Positions 8,444 through 18,773 are shown, counted from the first letter of the stretch. The stretch: 64,000 nt of DNA from Promethearchaeota archaeon (GCA_019057795.1 JAHLWS010000049.1:1-64000); one strand, 5' to 3'. The notes: generated by a model from the sequence alone, not told the origin. Numbers and translations: made by a program.

Positions 8444-8569
8444 AATAAAATTTTTAGATAGTATAAAATAATGTCTTAAAACACAAACAATTCTGTAAAA
8501 ATTGTTAAATCTCCAATAATATCTTGCTCTCGTAGAACAGATATTCCCGCATTGGACTGTTAAAGAAGT

Positions 8570-9409
8570 TTAGACTTTTTCTCTCTCATCGGTTTCCCAT
8601 TTATTAAAAGAATAATCAAGAGCTTTTAAAAAATTGTCCATATCCGATTCTATCAAGAATCTATTTCCTTGAAATTTGCCCTGAATTATTTTTTCACCCG
8701 CTAAATCGTATAATAAAGATTCGATTTGCTTTGGTGGAATGTTTAAGAACTGACTAGCCTCTTCCAAATTTATTTCTTTTCTTAATCGTATCATCCCAAA
8801 TAATCTCTTCTTATAATCAACCTCTATATCTGCTGGTTTTTCACTAATTCTAGATGAAGTTCGATCATCCATTTGTTGAGTGAAATGTAATGAGTTTCCT
8901 TTTAGATTACCTAAAATTTCCTTATTAGAAATCATCTCTTCGATAAATTCTTTCAATTTTGGCGTGTAATTTTTGCTTATTCTTATGTACCTAACAATTT
9001 TGTTTATCGAAATGCTTTGGTTAATACGGGCTGCTTTTTTAATATATTCACGTGTCTCATTCTCCGTCGCTTCAATTAAAGATCGACGAGTCGAGGCTAA
9101 AACAATAAATGTTATAAGAAACCAAATCAAATATATCAACAATAAATATCTACCATGATATACAATGTCTATCTTGATCAGACCATAAATGGTTACGCCC
9201 CCCAAAATAGACATACCTAACCCTCTGTATAACAATACTCTGCTAACGCTGAATCGAAAGATTATTATAATCGAGATTAAAATAAATAAAAATCCAAGAT
9301 ATCCAAAACCAAATGTCTCACCCGGAAAGTAGAAATAAATCATATAATTATACTCAGCTCCACCAACATAATAAGAATACAGCGTTAGGGAATTCGAAAA
9401 TATAAACAT
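8570..9409 (-). CDS. Multi-TM protein with two PCI-type winged helices; C-terminal domain paralogous to that of 7568-8443
   Basis: Hydrophobic N-terminal half, then FIEEMISNKEILGNL and KKRLFGMIRLRKEINLEEASQFL...LLYDLAGEKIIQGKF...FNKWE. The reading frame stays open upstream to about 9469. Confidence 0.65.
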   Translation of the reverse strand: MFIFSNSLTLYSYYVGGAEYNYMIYFYFPGETFGFGYLGFLFILISIIIIFRFSVSRVLLYRGLGMSILGGVTIYGLIKIDIVYHGRYLLLIYLIWFLITFIVLASTRRSLIEATENETREYIKKAARINQSISINKIVRYIRISKNYTPKLKEFIEEMISNKEILGNLKGNSLHFTQQMDDRTSSRISEKPADIEVDYKKRLFGMIRLRKEINLEEASQFLNIPPKQIESLLYDLAGEKIIQGKFQGNRFLIESDMDNFLKALDYSFNKWETDEREKV

Positions 9410-9801
9410 TAAACAAAATACTAAATCTAGGCTACCAATAATTTTTAAATGTTTTACTTTCGATTTAATTCACCCATTTATTTGAAATTTAATAAACATT
9501 GTTTTAATTTAATTAAATATAATCCTTTATCTTTTAATTTGATTCCTATAACGATATTTGAATTTAAAATTTCGTCCCTCTAACCTTAAAAATTAAGTTT
9601 ATAGAAAAGGAATTAATATTTCACTAAAAAATTTTTGAAATAGAAAAAGAACTCAAACTAATCTCTTTATTATTATTATTTTCTAAAACACATTTTTTAT
9701 TTATCTTTTTTTCCCTTTAATTTTATAATTTTAACTTTTTCAAGCAAAAAATTATGGATTATAAAACAATTTTTTAAAAAAAAGAAACTGTTCTAATAAA
9801 T

Positions 9802-10302
9802 ATGAATAATAAAATCGATCTAAAATGGAACGATCTTGTATCTCCTACAATGTCTCCCGATGAGTACTTAAAAGAATTTGGAGATAAAATAGCATATAAC
9901 TATAAAACCTATGAACCAAAAACAGATGTATTAGAAGAAATTAAGGATCTCTTGAAAAGCAAGAAAGAAGCATTAAAGATTGTCGCATTAGGTGCTGATT
10001 GGTGTCCAGATTGCAACAGAAATGTACCACGCATGATTAAAATTGTAAAATTGATGAAAAGTAAAGATGTGATTTTCCATATTTTATACGGGATAATGGT
10101 TAACGCTTTACATAAACCAGGTGAAACAATATGGCATAAAACACGTTCTCCACCAGAAGCGGTAAACCCTAAATTTGACTTAAAAGCAATTCCAACGTTC
10201 TATTTCTTTAATAGAAATAATGAATTTTTAGGTATGATTAAAGAACATCCAAAGAAAACCATTGAAGAAGATACTCTCGAAATTATTAAAGAAGGTCTGT
10301 GA
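9802..10302 (+). CDS. Thioredoxin-family protein
   Basis: GADWCPDC active site and cis-Pro motif AIPTFYFF. Confidence 0.85.
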   Translation: MNNKIDLKWNDLVSPTMSPDEYLKEFGDKIAYNYKTYEPKTDVLEEIKDLLKSKKEALKIVALGADWCPDCNRNVPRMIKIVKLMKSKDVIFHILYGIMVNALHKPGETIWHKTRSPPEAVNPKFDLKAIPTFYFFNRNNEFLGMIKEHPKKTIEEDTLEIIKEGL

Positions 10303-10428
10303 AATTTTTCTTTAAACTATAAGATTTAGTAGTTTTTAAATAATTTTGATTTAGTTCTAATTTTATTCTTATTCTAAATTTTTCCAATATAATTAAGATT
10401 TAAATTACAATATCGATATATTAATTCT

Positions 10429-12486
10429 ATGACGAATATTAGTATCAAAAAAGTTATAATTTTTAAGCATGGCGTCTCTTATTACATTCTCGAGGGAAGC
10501 GTGAAGGGAACTGATACTTTCGAGTTAGAGTTTAAAAATGACGAAATGGACGATGTGTTAAAATCGCTTTTTGTTTTAGATACTAGCGAAAAAGGCTACA
10601 TCAGCTCGATTTCTTACGATGCCGCTTTAGAAACTTCCCAATTGTTAAAATCTGTTATGCTTAATATCCCCGATAGAGGTTCGTTTTCTTCGCTAATAAC
10701 TCAAATAAAAGGAGCTAAAGTCAAATTAGCTGTTACTGGGGGAAAAACTGTGTCGGGAACGATATTAGGAATTGAAGAGTTTGAAAAATTTATTAAAGAC
10801 GAAAAAATCGCTGAAAAACTATTGATACTATTCCAAGATGACGATGTAATTTCTAAAATTAATTTTACAGAGATTAAATCGCTTGATATCTTGAATGAAG
10901 AGATAAAAAAGGATCTCAAGTTCTTTCTCGATACCGTAATATCAGGGAAAAAAAAGGACGCAAAAAAAATCAAGATTAACTGTGAATCGGGAGGAAACAA
11001 CGAGGTTGAAAGGATAATTTTTGTCTCTTATATTCGAGAAAGTCCAATTTGGAAGACATCCTATCGTTTGATAATGAGTAAGGAGCAAGCCTTAGAAGAA
11101 AAATGTTTATTATCCGGATGGAGTCTTATTGAAAACACAACTAATCAAGACTGGGAGAATATCGAGTTATCTTTGGTAGCTGGAATGCCAGTTTCGTTTA
11201 AATACGAGTTTTATCAACCTATCTTCATACAACGACCTGTAATTCGCCCCTCAAGAGTATTAAGCGTAAAACCTACTGAAATTGAAGAAGGTTATGAAAT
11301 GGATAAATTTAGAGACTATGAAATGGCAGAAATGGCAGCAAAACCAGCGGCAATGAGAAAGAAGGCTAAAATGAGAACAGGAGTGCCTCCACCCGCACCT
11401 GGAGCACTTAGAGGTGCTATAGGATATGGTGGCGCGCTAGGTGTTATGAACATGACAGACGATACATTAATGGAAAAAGTAAAATCGCAAACAAAAATTC
11501 AAACAAAAGACTTAGGAGAACTATTTGAATACAACATTTCAAATTTAGTAACAATAAAAAGGAAGCAATCTGCTTTAGTTCCAATCTTGACTGAATCTAT
11601 AAAAGCAAGACGAGTTTTATTATACAATAAAAACGAATACGATAGAAATCCGAACGCTTGTCTTGAGATCACCAATAATACTAAATTAACGCTGGAAAGA
11701 GGCCCAGTCACTATAATATACGACGACAATTTAGCAGGAGAGGCTATTATTCCTTTTCTAAATAAAGAAGATACGCGGTTGTTAAATTATGCCGTAGAAC
11801 AAGCCGTAGTTATTACTCACGAACAAAAATCCGAAAGTCTAAGCGTACACAAAGTTACCTTTGGTAGTGGATATTCTTACGAATATTATTACACTAACCA
11901 AATAACGACCTATAAAATTAAAAACAAAACAAATGAAGAAAAGGAACTTTATCTCGACCACCCCAAAACTCACGGCTATAAATTTGTAGAAAAACCTAAC
12001 GACCCGGAAGAGACCCCAAATTATTGGCGTTTTAAACTAAAATTGAAACCTAAAGACGCAATCAATTTCAAATTAAAAGAACAACGCGAAGATTATTCAA
12101 GTAATTACCTCTGGAATTGGTCTAAAGACGATATTTTAAGGAGGGTAGGATTTTATATTAAACATAAGTTTATCGACGAAAAACTCGAAGCTAAATTAAA
12201 AGAAATCGCAGAATTTATACAAACGTTGAACGATAAAAGAAACAAAAGAGAAAATTTGGACCAAGAGAGAGACCTAATGACGGACGAACAATCAAGACTT
12301 AGAGAAAATATTTCCGTTTTAGGGGATGATAACCAATCTGTCACGTTAAAAGAACGATACATTAAAAAGCTGAACGACCAAGAGACTAGATTTGAGAAAA
12401 TTTCCGTAGAATTGAAAAAACTAGATAAAGAAATTGACACATTAAACAAGAAAGTTGAAAAACAAATGAATAAACTAAAGGCTTAA
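10429..12486 (+). CDS. DUF4139-domain protein with C-terminal coiled coil
   Basis: VIIFKHGVSY, DDVLKSL, PIWKTSYRL, ENTTNQDWENIELSLVAG and LERGPVTI are typical of this family. Confidence 0.75.
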   Translation: MTNISIKKVIIFKHGVSYYILEGSVKGTDTFELEFKNDEMDDVLKSLFVLDTSEKGYISSISYDAALETSQLLKSVMLNIPDRGSFSSLITQIKGAKVKLAVTGGKTVSGTILGIEEFEKFIKDEKIAEKLLILFQDDDVISKINFTEIKSLDILNEEIKKDLKFFLDTVISGKKKDAKKIKINCESGGNNEVERIIFVSYIRESPIWKTSYRLIMSKEQALEEKCLLSGWSLIENTTNQDWENIELSLVAGMPVSFKYEFYQPIFIQRPVIRPSRVLSVKPTEIEEGYEMDKFRDYEMAEMAAKPAAMRKKAKMRTGVPPPAPGALRGAIGYGGALGVMNMTDDTLMEKVKSQTKIQTKDLGELFEYNISNLVTIKRKQSALVPILTESIKARRVLLYNKNEYDRNPNACLEITNNTKLTLERGPVTIIYDDNLAGEAIIPFLNKEDTRLLNYAVEQAVVITHEQKSESLSVHKVTFGSGYSYEYYYTNQITTYKIKNKTNEEKELYLDHPKTHGYKFVEKPNDPEETPNYWRFKLKLKPKDAINFKLKEQREDYSSNYLWNWSKDDILRRVGFYIKHKFIDEKLEAKLKEIAEFIQTLNDKRNKRENLDQERDLMTDEQSRLRENISVLGDDNQSVTLKERYIKKLNDQETRFEKISVELKKLDKEIDTLNKKVEKQMNKLKA

Positions 12487-12540
12487 TATAAAGTTTTAAA
12501 AACTTCTATTTTTCTTTTTTATTACAACATTCCTACATCT

Positions 12541-13962
12541 TTGAACTACCACACCCTAAAGGGGCATGGATTCCTTCTTCCTCGAAAACTGCCCGAAAAG
12601 ATCCTGAAGAATCTCTTTAGGTCTTACATCATCTCCAAAGGCGTGACTTCCCGTTGTTCCAACGGTAGTTTTATCATCATGGATGATCGTGACATATTTC
12701 TCTTCTTTTAGGATTCTTATTCCTTCGTCTCTCAGATTAACAGAAGCATTTTCGTCTCTTTCATGGGTAGTTCCGCAATCCAAACATGTCCACACTCTTT
12801 CTTTTAAGGTAAGGTTGTTGTTTTTCCAACCACAGCATGAACAGAGTTTACTGGAAGCAAAAAATCTATCTACGAGAATGAAATGCTTTCCTAACCATTC
12901 CATCTTATATTTTAAATAGGTCGTGAATTGATACCACGAGAAATCTAAAGAAACTGATTTAGACAAACCTGAATTGAACTTCTGCATTCCCCTCACGTTT
13001 AAGTTTTCTAAAATAATAGCATCAAATGTGTCAGCTAATTTTCGGGTGAGCTTATGCGTCCAATCCTTCTTTCTGTTGTATATTGTATCGTAGTGTCGTG
13101 CTAATTTTAAACGCGCTTTTTCTCGATTCTTAGACCCTTTCTTCTTTCGCGAAAGTTCCTTGTTTAGCTTCTTGGTCTTTTTCTGCTCTAAATGATAGAA
13201 TCGTGGATTCTCCATCTTAACAAGATCATTCACCAAAAAATTATTTGCTGACATGTCAAACGCAGTAATATCCTTCTCATGTACCTCTTGTATTTCTTTT
13301 ACATCCTCCTGCGCCTCTAAGGTTAGAGAAACGAAATACTTGTTCGATTTTGTTTTTTCAATAGTGGCATGTTTGATCTTTTCGGAAAACACCCTCTTAT
13401 CGCTAAATTTTAGCCAACCTAGTTTCGGTAACTTTAATTTCTTTCTTTTAAAATCAATTTTGATGTTTTCATTCGTTTGTTTGGTCGTATAGGTTTCCTT
13501 TCCTTTCTTTGACTTGAATTTTGGAAAGCCGACTTTGCGACCTTTTTTTAAACCTTTAAAAAAGTTTTGGTATGCCTCAAACAAATGCTCTCTTGAGGTT
13601 TGTAAGGCAATGGAATCAGCTTCTTTTAAAAACGGAAACGCGACCTTATATTGTTTTTCGGTTTTATAGGTGTGCTTCTTAAGCGCATCCTTATCATCTC
13701 TAAATCGTTCATAGACTTCCCTCCTCTCCCTAAGCATCTGATTGTAAATGAAGCGGCTACACCCTATTGTTTTGCGAATTTGGGTCCGTTGCGTCTTGTT
13801 CGGATATATCCGAATGTTGAAAGCTCGAATCATTTATACCTAAAAAGAAAGAATCGTTCTTTAAATGGATTATAGTACAATGGTTTTATGATTTTTTTTT
13901 TCAAAAAAATCGTGTTTAATTCATCACCCCCATAAATAGGGGTGTTTTCTTAAGCATTCAAG
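12541..13962 (-). mobile_element. IS200/IS605-family element carrying only tnpB (IS1341-like)
   Basis: Left-end hairpin CACCCC/GGGGTG at 13925-13944. Right end on the minus strand reads ATGCCCCTTTAGGGTGTGGTAGTTCAA and overlaps the tnpB stop. No tnpA, terminal inverted repeats or target duplication. Confidence 0.8.
12556..13833 (-). CDS. tnpB: RNA-guided endonuclease TnpB
   Basis: IRAFNIRIYPN...GCSRFIYN, GFPKFKSK, RuvC acidic residues in AFDMS / ILENLNV / RDENASVN, and Zn finger CSCCG...CLDCG. Confidence 0.93.
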   Translation of the reverse strand: MIRAFNIRIYPNKTQRTQIRKTIGCSRFIYNQMLRERREVYERFRDDKDALKKHTYKTEKQYKVAFPFLKEADSIALQTSREHLFEAYQNFFKGLKKGRKVGFPKFKSKKGKETYTTKQTNENIKIDFKRKKLKLPKLGWLKFSDKRVFSEKIKHATIEKTKSNKYFVSLTLEAQEDVKEIQEVHEKDITAFDMSANNFLVNDLVKMENPRFYHLEQKKTKKLNKELSRKKKGSKNREKARLKLARHYDTIYNRKKDWTHKLTRKLADTFDAIILENLNVRGMQKFNSGLSKSVSLDFSWYQFTTYLKYKMEWLGKHFILVDRFFASSKLCSCCGWKNNNLTLKERVWTCLDCGTTHERDENASVNLRDEGIRILKEEKYVTIIHDDKTTVGTTGSHAFGDDVRPKEILQDLFGQFSRKKESMPL

Positions 13963-14057
13963 ATAAATAACTATAAATAGAAAAAAAAAATAAATTATGT
14001 TAAATATAATATTTTATAATAAAATATTTTATAATAAAATTCTTAAAAGTGTGTAAT

Positions 14058-14279
14058 ATGAGTATTGATGAACTACAAGAACAAGTCGAAAAATTAAAAG
14101 ACGAAATGGATGTGCTCGAAGAGGTTTGCGATACGCTCCCTCAATGTAAAGAAGACGATGGTTGCGATACTTGCGAAACATACAAGAAAATCGATAAACT
14201 TAATATAAAAATCGGAGAATTAGAAGAAAAAATCGAATCCTTAATGGGAGAAGATGATGAAGATGAAGAAGAAGAGTAA
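14058..14279 (+). CDS. Small acidic coiled-coil hairpin protein with four Cys
   Basis: Two heptad helices flank C-x5-C-x5-C-x2-C, followed by an acidic tail. ATG at 14058 preferred over GTG at 14049. Confidence 0.6.
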   Translation: MSIDELQEQVEKLKDEMDVLEEVCDTLPQCKEDDGCDTCETYKKIDKLNIKIGELEEKIESLMGEDDEDEEEE

Positions 14280-14497
14280 TAACCTCTTCAAAAAATAATC
14301 AAATTTCGATATTTTATTTAAATCTTTAATTTTTTTAATTACTTTTTTGCTTAATTGTGCTGCTTTCTTCCTATTTTGACTTTAAACCTTTATATAAACA
14401 ACTATTTAAAAAAAAATTAAAAAAGAACTTAGTATTCTCCTTTTTATATTTAATAGAATGATAAAATTAAAAATCTAAAAAAGGTCGCGATATTAAA

Positions 14498-15793
14498 ATG
14501 CCAGGTAAAAAATTTGAAGTGCAAGCAATTGACGACGAAATTCTTGCGAAATTTAGCCTTAAGAATCGATATTCTTTCTTGAATAATAATTTAACGGCTA
14601 TACTTTCAACAAAAGAATTTAACTTCTTTAAAGAAGTCCAACGATTTTGTATGCGCTTCGAAAAAAAAAATGAAATTGTGCACGGACCCGACGAAGATAT
14701 TTACGATTGGGTCCCCGCTTTTGGAGAAAAGGGTTATATAACCCGTCAGCACACGTTCGATGCGTGCGATGTTCATTACGACTATTGGGGTTTAGCTGCT
14801 GATTTTTTGAGACATTTAGCACTCGATTTCTTTGATCCCCAATTTGCGATGGGCGGTGGAGGTACCGTATTAGCCGTCAATCCCATCTATGAGCACCACG
14901 ACGAAGTCCCAGTTAGGCTGGAAGCACTTAAAGATTTAGTTACTGGAAAGAGTCCCGGCGCTATTCTTATCACTGAACCTCAACGTGGTTCAGATGCGGT
15001 GCATATGTTGACCACTTGCGACGAGCAAGACGATGGTTCGTTTTTACTTAATGGAATTAAGATTTACAATACTAACGCGCCCAAATCTAAGTGGTTAGTA
15101 GCTTACGCAACTGCAGAGAAAAACAACGGGAACACGATGGCTCAATTCTTAATAGACTCCAATTGGGATGGTGTTCTTATGGAACGGGTTAATATCCCAT
15201 GGATACCCAAGCTTCATCTTGGAAAAGAAACTTTTACAAATCTGAGGGTCCCTAAGGATTACGTGTTAGGCGGCGTAGGAAAAGGGCGAGAACACTTGTT
15301 CGAGGGTTTAGTACCTGAAAGAATAGCTATAGCAATTATGGGTCTTAGTCAATGTTGGGGTGCGTTAACACATGCAATAATATACGCTAACAACAGAAAG
15401 CAGTTCGATCAAATGATCTTAAGGTTCCAAGGAGTTGGATTCTTACTCGCAGACTTGTGGGCTCGAACGACTAACATCACGCTTGGGCTTCTCAAATTCT
15501 GTGAGTCATTTGATGAAAAATATGAGAAATTTCAAGGCAATATACCAAAAAATATTTCCCAAGCAATGGTTGCCTCAGCAAGTATGTTCAAGTATCACGC
15601 TGCGAAACTCGCGAAAAAGGTGTGTTACGAATCCGCGAATAACATGGGTGGCGCTGGTTTGTGTGACAACACACTGATGCACGACTATATGAATATTTCG
15701 AGGATCCAAGAAATCATTGGTGGTTCAAGACAAATCCAACAATATATAATGAGTATGAGCTTACGTCAACTTTACAAAATGTCCGTTTCATAA
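14498..15793 (+). CDS. Acyl-CoA dehydrogenase (paralog 1)
   Basis: ITEPQRGSDA, LNGIKIYNTN, YANNRKQF, MGGAG. Confidence 0.92.
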   Translation: MPGKKFEVQAIDDEILAKFSLKNRYSFLNNNLTAILSTKEFNFFKEVQRFCMRFEKKNEIVHGPDEDIYDWVPAFGEKGYITRQHTFDACDVHYDYWGLAADFLRHLALDFFDPQFAMGGGGTVLAVNPIYEHHDEVPVRLEALKDLVTGKSPGAILITEPQRGSDAVHMLTTCDEQDDGSFLLNGIKIYNTNAPKSKWLVAYATAEKNNGNTMAQFLIDSNWDGVLMERVNIPWIPKLHLGKETFTNLRVPKDYVLGGVGKGREHLFEGLVPERIAIAIMGLSQCWGALTHAIIYANNRKQFDQMILRFQGVGFLLADLWARTTNITLGLLKFCESFDEKYEKFQGNIPKNISQAMVASASMFKYHAAKLAKKVCYESANNMGGAGLCDNTLMHDYMNISRIQEIIGGSRQIQQYIMSMSLRQLYKMSVS

Positions 15794-15845
15794 GTTTCTG
15801 TGAACTAGATTAATTATTAGATATTTAACTTCCTTATTTTTTCTT

Positions 15846-17078
15846 TTATTTTGTAATAAGCTCGTTTAGGCGCTCTTCTTTTTTAACAAAAAAAAAAGAA
15901 ACAAAAAATAGAAGTGCTGCGAATAAAAGGGTAAACCCGGTCATTAGGAAAATTCCTTGGTAAGATAAGAACACTAAAATATAACCGCTTATAATTGGAC
16001 CAATTGTTTGACCGATATCCATAATAGTACTTAGAACCCCAATTGCCGAACCATAGTTTTCTTTTTCTAAAAGATCCGTGATATACGCTGGTGTAGAAGA
16101 GGTGACACTTGCCATTCCTATACCAAAACTTATTAAAATAACGAATAACAAAATTAAATTCACAGTATGTGGTATAAACAAGGTTACAAAACCTCCTAAA
16201 AGGAGTCCACCAAGGATGACGTGTTTTCGTCCAACCTTGTCTGATAAATATCCCATAAAAGGTTTAGCTACAATTATCGTAAATGTAAGAATAGCAAGCA
16301 TTAACCCAATTAACCAAGGTTCGAAATTAAGAAAACTGATATAAAGAATAAAATAAGCTTCGATAATTCCATAAGCAAAATATTGACTGGCTTGAATAAT
16401 ACTAATTATCATGATCTTTTTATGACTAATAACATCTTTTAGACCCCTTAGAAATTCTTTTATTGTAAATAACTCTCTTTTTGAAATGTCAGCTTGAGTA
16501 TAACGAGATTTGCGAGTTTTGTAATAAAACATTGCAAAGAAAAATGCAATAATTCCTGAGAAACCACATACGAGATACACTCCATAATAATAATAATTTG
16601 TGGCATAAAGGATAAAGCCACCGGTTATGGGTGCGAAAAACCGACCGATAAGGGTTATTGAAGAAAATAATGAAATTTTTTCTCCTTTTTGTTTTGGATA
16701 TAATTCCGCTATTGCACTCGTGGCGACAGGAACAAATATTGCTGTGGAAAAGCCATGATAAAATCGAACTATCATTAAGATCCAAATATTAGTCGCAAAT
16801 AGATAAAAAAAAGGTGCTGAAGCAAAAATTACAATTGATAACAAAACAAGTTTTTCTCGTCCATACATATCAGAGAGGCGACCAGCAAACGCACTTACAA
16901 TTATTCCAGGGATAGTAGATGCTGCGAAAACATACCCGATGAATTGGAGTTCTTGGGAGGAAGTTATTAAAGACTTCGCAAAAAGCGGTAAAATTGGACT
17001 CTTTGACATGGTTGAGCTAAAGATAGCAACCAACCCAAGAATACTTATCATCAAAAAATAACTTTTCTTTAGACGCAT
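15846..17078 (-). CDS. MFS transporter
   Basis: About 12 hydrophobic segments; motif A GRLSDMYGR and GYLSDKVGRK. Confidence 0.92.
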   Translation of the reverse strand: MRLKKSYFLMISILGLVAIFSSTMSKSPILPLFAKSLITSSQELQFIGYVFAASTIPGIIVSAFAGRLSDMYGREKLVLLSIVIFASAPFFYLFATNIWILMIVRFYHGFSTAIFVPVATSAIAELYPKQKGEKISLFSSITLIGRFFAPITGGFILYATNYYYYGVYLVCGFSGIIAFFFAMFYYKTRKSRYTQADISKRELFTIKEFLRGLKDVISHKKIMIISIIQASQYFAYGIIEAYFILYISFLNFEPWLIGLMLAILTFTIIVAKPFMGYLSDKVGRKHVILGGLLLGGFVTLFIPHTVNLILLFVILISFGIGMASVTSSTPAYITDLLEKENYGSAIGVLSTIMDIGQTIGPIISGYILVFLSYQGIFLMTGFTLLFAALLFFVSFFFVKKEERLNELITK

Positions 17079-17285
17079 GAATTTATCAATTTTTTTTTAA
17101 ACCATTGAAGAAAATCAAACCTTTCAACTAAAAGAATATTACCAAAACAACGTATCTTTTTTTAGATTTTTTTAACAATAAAAATTCCGTTCCAAAAGTT
17201 TCTGTGAACTGGATAAATTATTAAATTAAAGTTTCTAAGTGTAGATAATAAAAATAAAAAAAAAGATATGAAGAAATTGGATGTC

Positions 17286-18590
17286 TTAGATACCACTCAT
17301 CTTGTAAAGTTGTCTCATGGCCATCGACATGACGTAATTCTGGATTTGCCGGCTGCCTCCAACGATTTCGGCGATTCTAGACATGTTTAATAAATCTTGC
17401 ATTAGAGTGTTATCACACAAACCAGCGCCGCCCATTAGATTTGCGGCTTCGTAACAAATTTCTGCTGAGAGTTTAGCAGCGTGATACTTGAATTGACTAG
17501 CAGAAGCTATTAAAGCTTGTGAAATGTTTTTAGGAAGCGTTCCTCCAAATTTTTCCATCTTACTATCATAATTTTTACAAAACATTAAAAGGCCTAGCGT
17601 GACGTTAGTTAATCTTGCCCATAGATCAGTTAAGAGAAAACCTACTCCTTGGAATTTTAGAATCATTTGATCGAATTGCTTTCTGTTGTTAACATATATG
17701 GCAGCATGAGCAACTGCGTTCCAACACTGGGCTATGCAATCGATTGCTATTCCTATTCTTTCCGGAACCAAACCCTCAAAAAGATGTTCTCGTCCCTTTC
17801 CTACGCCGCCTAACACGTAGTCCTTTGGCACTCTAAGGTTATCAAACCTTTCCTTACCTAGCCACACTTTTGGTACATATGGTATGAAAACTCGTTCACA
17901 GTTCCAACCGTCCCACGAGGTATCGATTAGGAACTGGGCCATCGTGTTCCCGTTGTTTTTCTCTGCAGTAGCGTAAGCAACTACGTATCCCGCTTTAGGT
18001 GCGTTAGTGTTATAAATCTTTTCTCCGTTAAGAAGGAAAGATCCGTCAGATTGCTCGTCGCATGTGGTCAACATGTGTACTGCGTCCGAGCCCCTTTCTG
18101 GTTCGGTGATTAAAATCGCTCCAGGCGTTTCGCCGGTGACAAATTTCTTTAAGATTTCTAATCTAATAGGTATATTTTCGTGATGTTCGTAAATAGGGTT
18201 GATAGCTAACACGGTTGCACCCCCCGCTAACGAAAATTGGGGATCAAAAAAGTCTACGGCTAAACATCTCATTAATTCCGTGGTTGCACCATAATCAGAG
18301 AAAATAATATCAATCATTTCGAAACTGTGAGCTCTAGTTAGGTAACCCTCGGCTCCAAATGCGGGGATCCAATCGTAAACATCTTCGTCAGGACCGTGAG
18401 TAATATTGTTTTTCTTTTCGAAACGCATGCAGAATTTTTGAGCTTTTTTTAGAAAATTAAACTCCTTAGGTTCTAAAATAGCCGTTAAGTTAGTGTTTAA
18501 AAACGAATATCTGTTTTTTAAGCTTAACTTTTCAAGGATTTCGTCACTTATAGCTTGAGTCATAAACTTAGTTTTTTTTTCTTCTTCCAT
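17286..18590 (-). CDS. Acyl-CoA dehydrogenase (paralog 2)
   Basis: ITEPERGSDA, LNGEKIYNTN, YVNNRKQF; closely similar to paralogs 1 and 3. Confidence 0.92.
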   Translation of the reverse strand: MEEEKKTKFMTQAISDEILEKLSLKNRYSFLNTNLTAILEPKEFNFLKKAQKFCMRFEKKNNITHGPDEDVYDWIPAFGAEGYLTRAHSFEMIDIIFSDYGATTELMRCLAVDFFDPQFSLAGGATVLAINPIYEHHENIPIRLEILKKFVTGETPGAILITEPERGSDAVHMLTTCDEQSDGSFLLNGEKIYNTNAPKAGYVVAYATAEKNNGNTMAQFLIDTSWDGWNCERVFIPYVPKVWLGKERFDNLRVPKDYVLGGVGKGREHLFEGLVPERIGIAIDCIAQCWNAVAHAAIYVNNRKQFDQMILKFQGVGFLLTDLWARLTNVTLGLLMFCKNYDSKMEKFGGTLPKNISQALIASASQFKYHAAKLSAEICYEAANLMGGAGLCDNTLMQDLLNMSRIAEIVGGSRQIQNYVMSMAMRQLYKMSGI

Positions 18591-18773
18591 TTTTCTAACT
18601 CCGAATTTTTTAATCTATTTGAAATTTACAAGAGAAATAATATTACTAGGAAAAATATGATTTGTCTTTTTAACTTTTTTTTATTGAATATATATTAACT
18701 ATAGAAATATTGATAATTAATTGCTTATTTTCGCGTCAAAAAAAAAAAAAGAGAATGTAGACAAATGAATGTC

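Noticed and set aside
8512-8556. SECIS element
   Set aside because: No clear AUGA/GA core, and neither flanking gene shows an in-frame TGA at a plausible Sec position.
837-9409. Clear orthologs of UFL1, UFSP1/2 or CDK5RAP3
   Set aside because: No recognisable UFSP catalytic motifs or UFL1 N-terminal signature. The winged-helix proteins are reported only as candidates.
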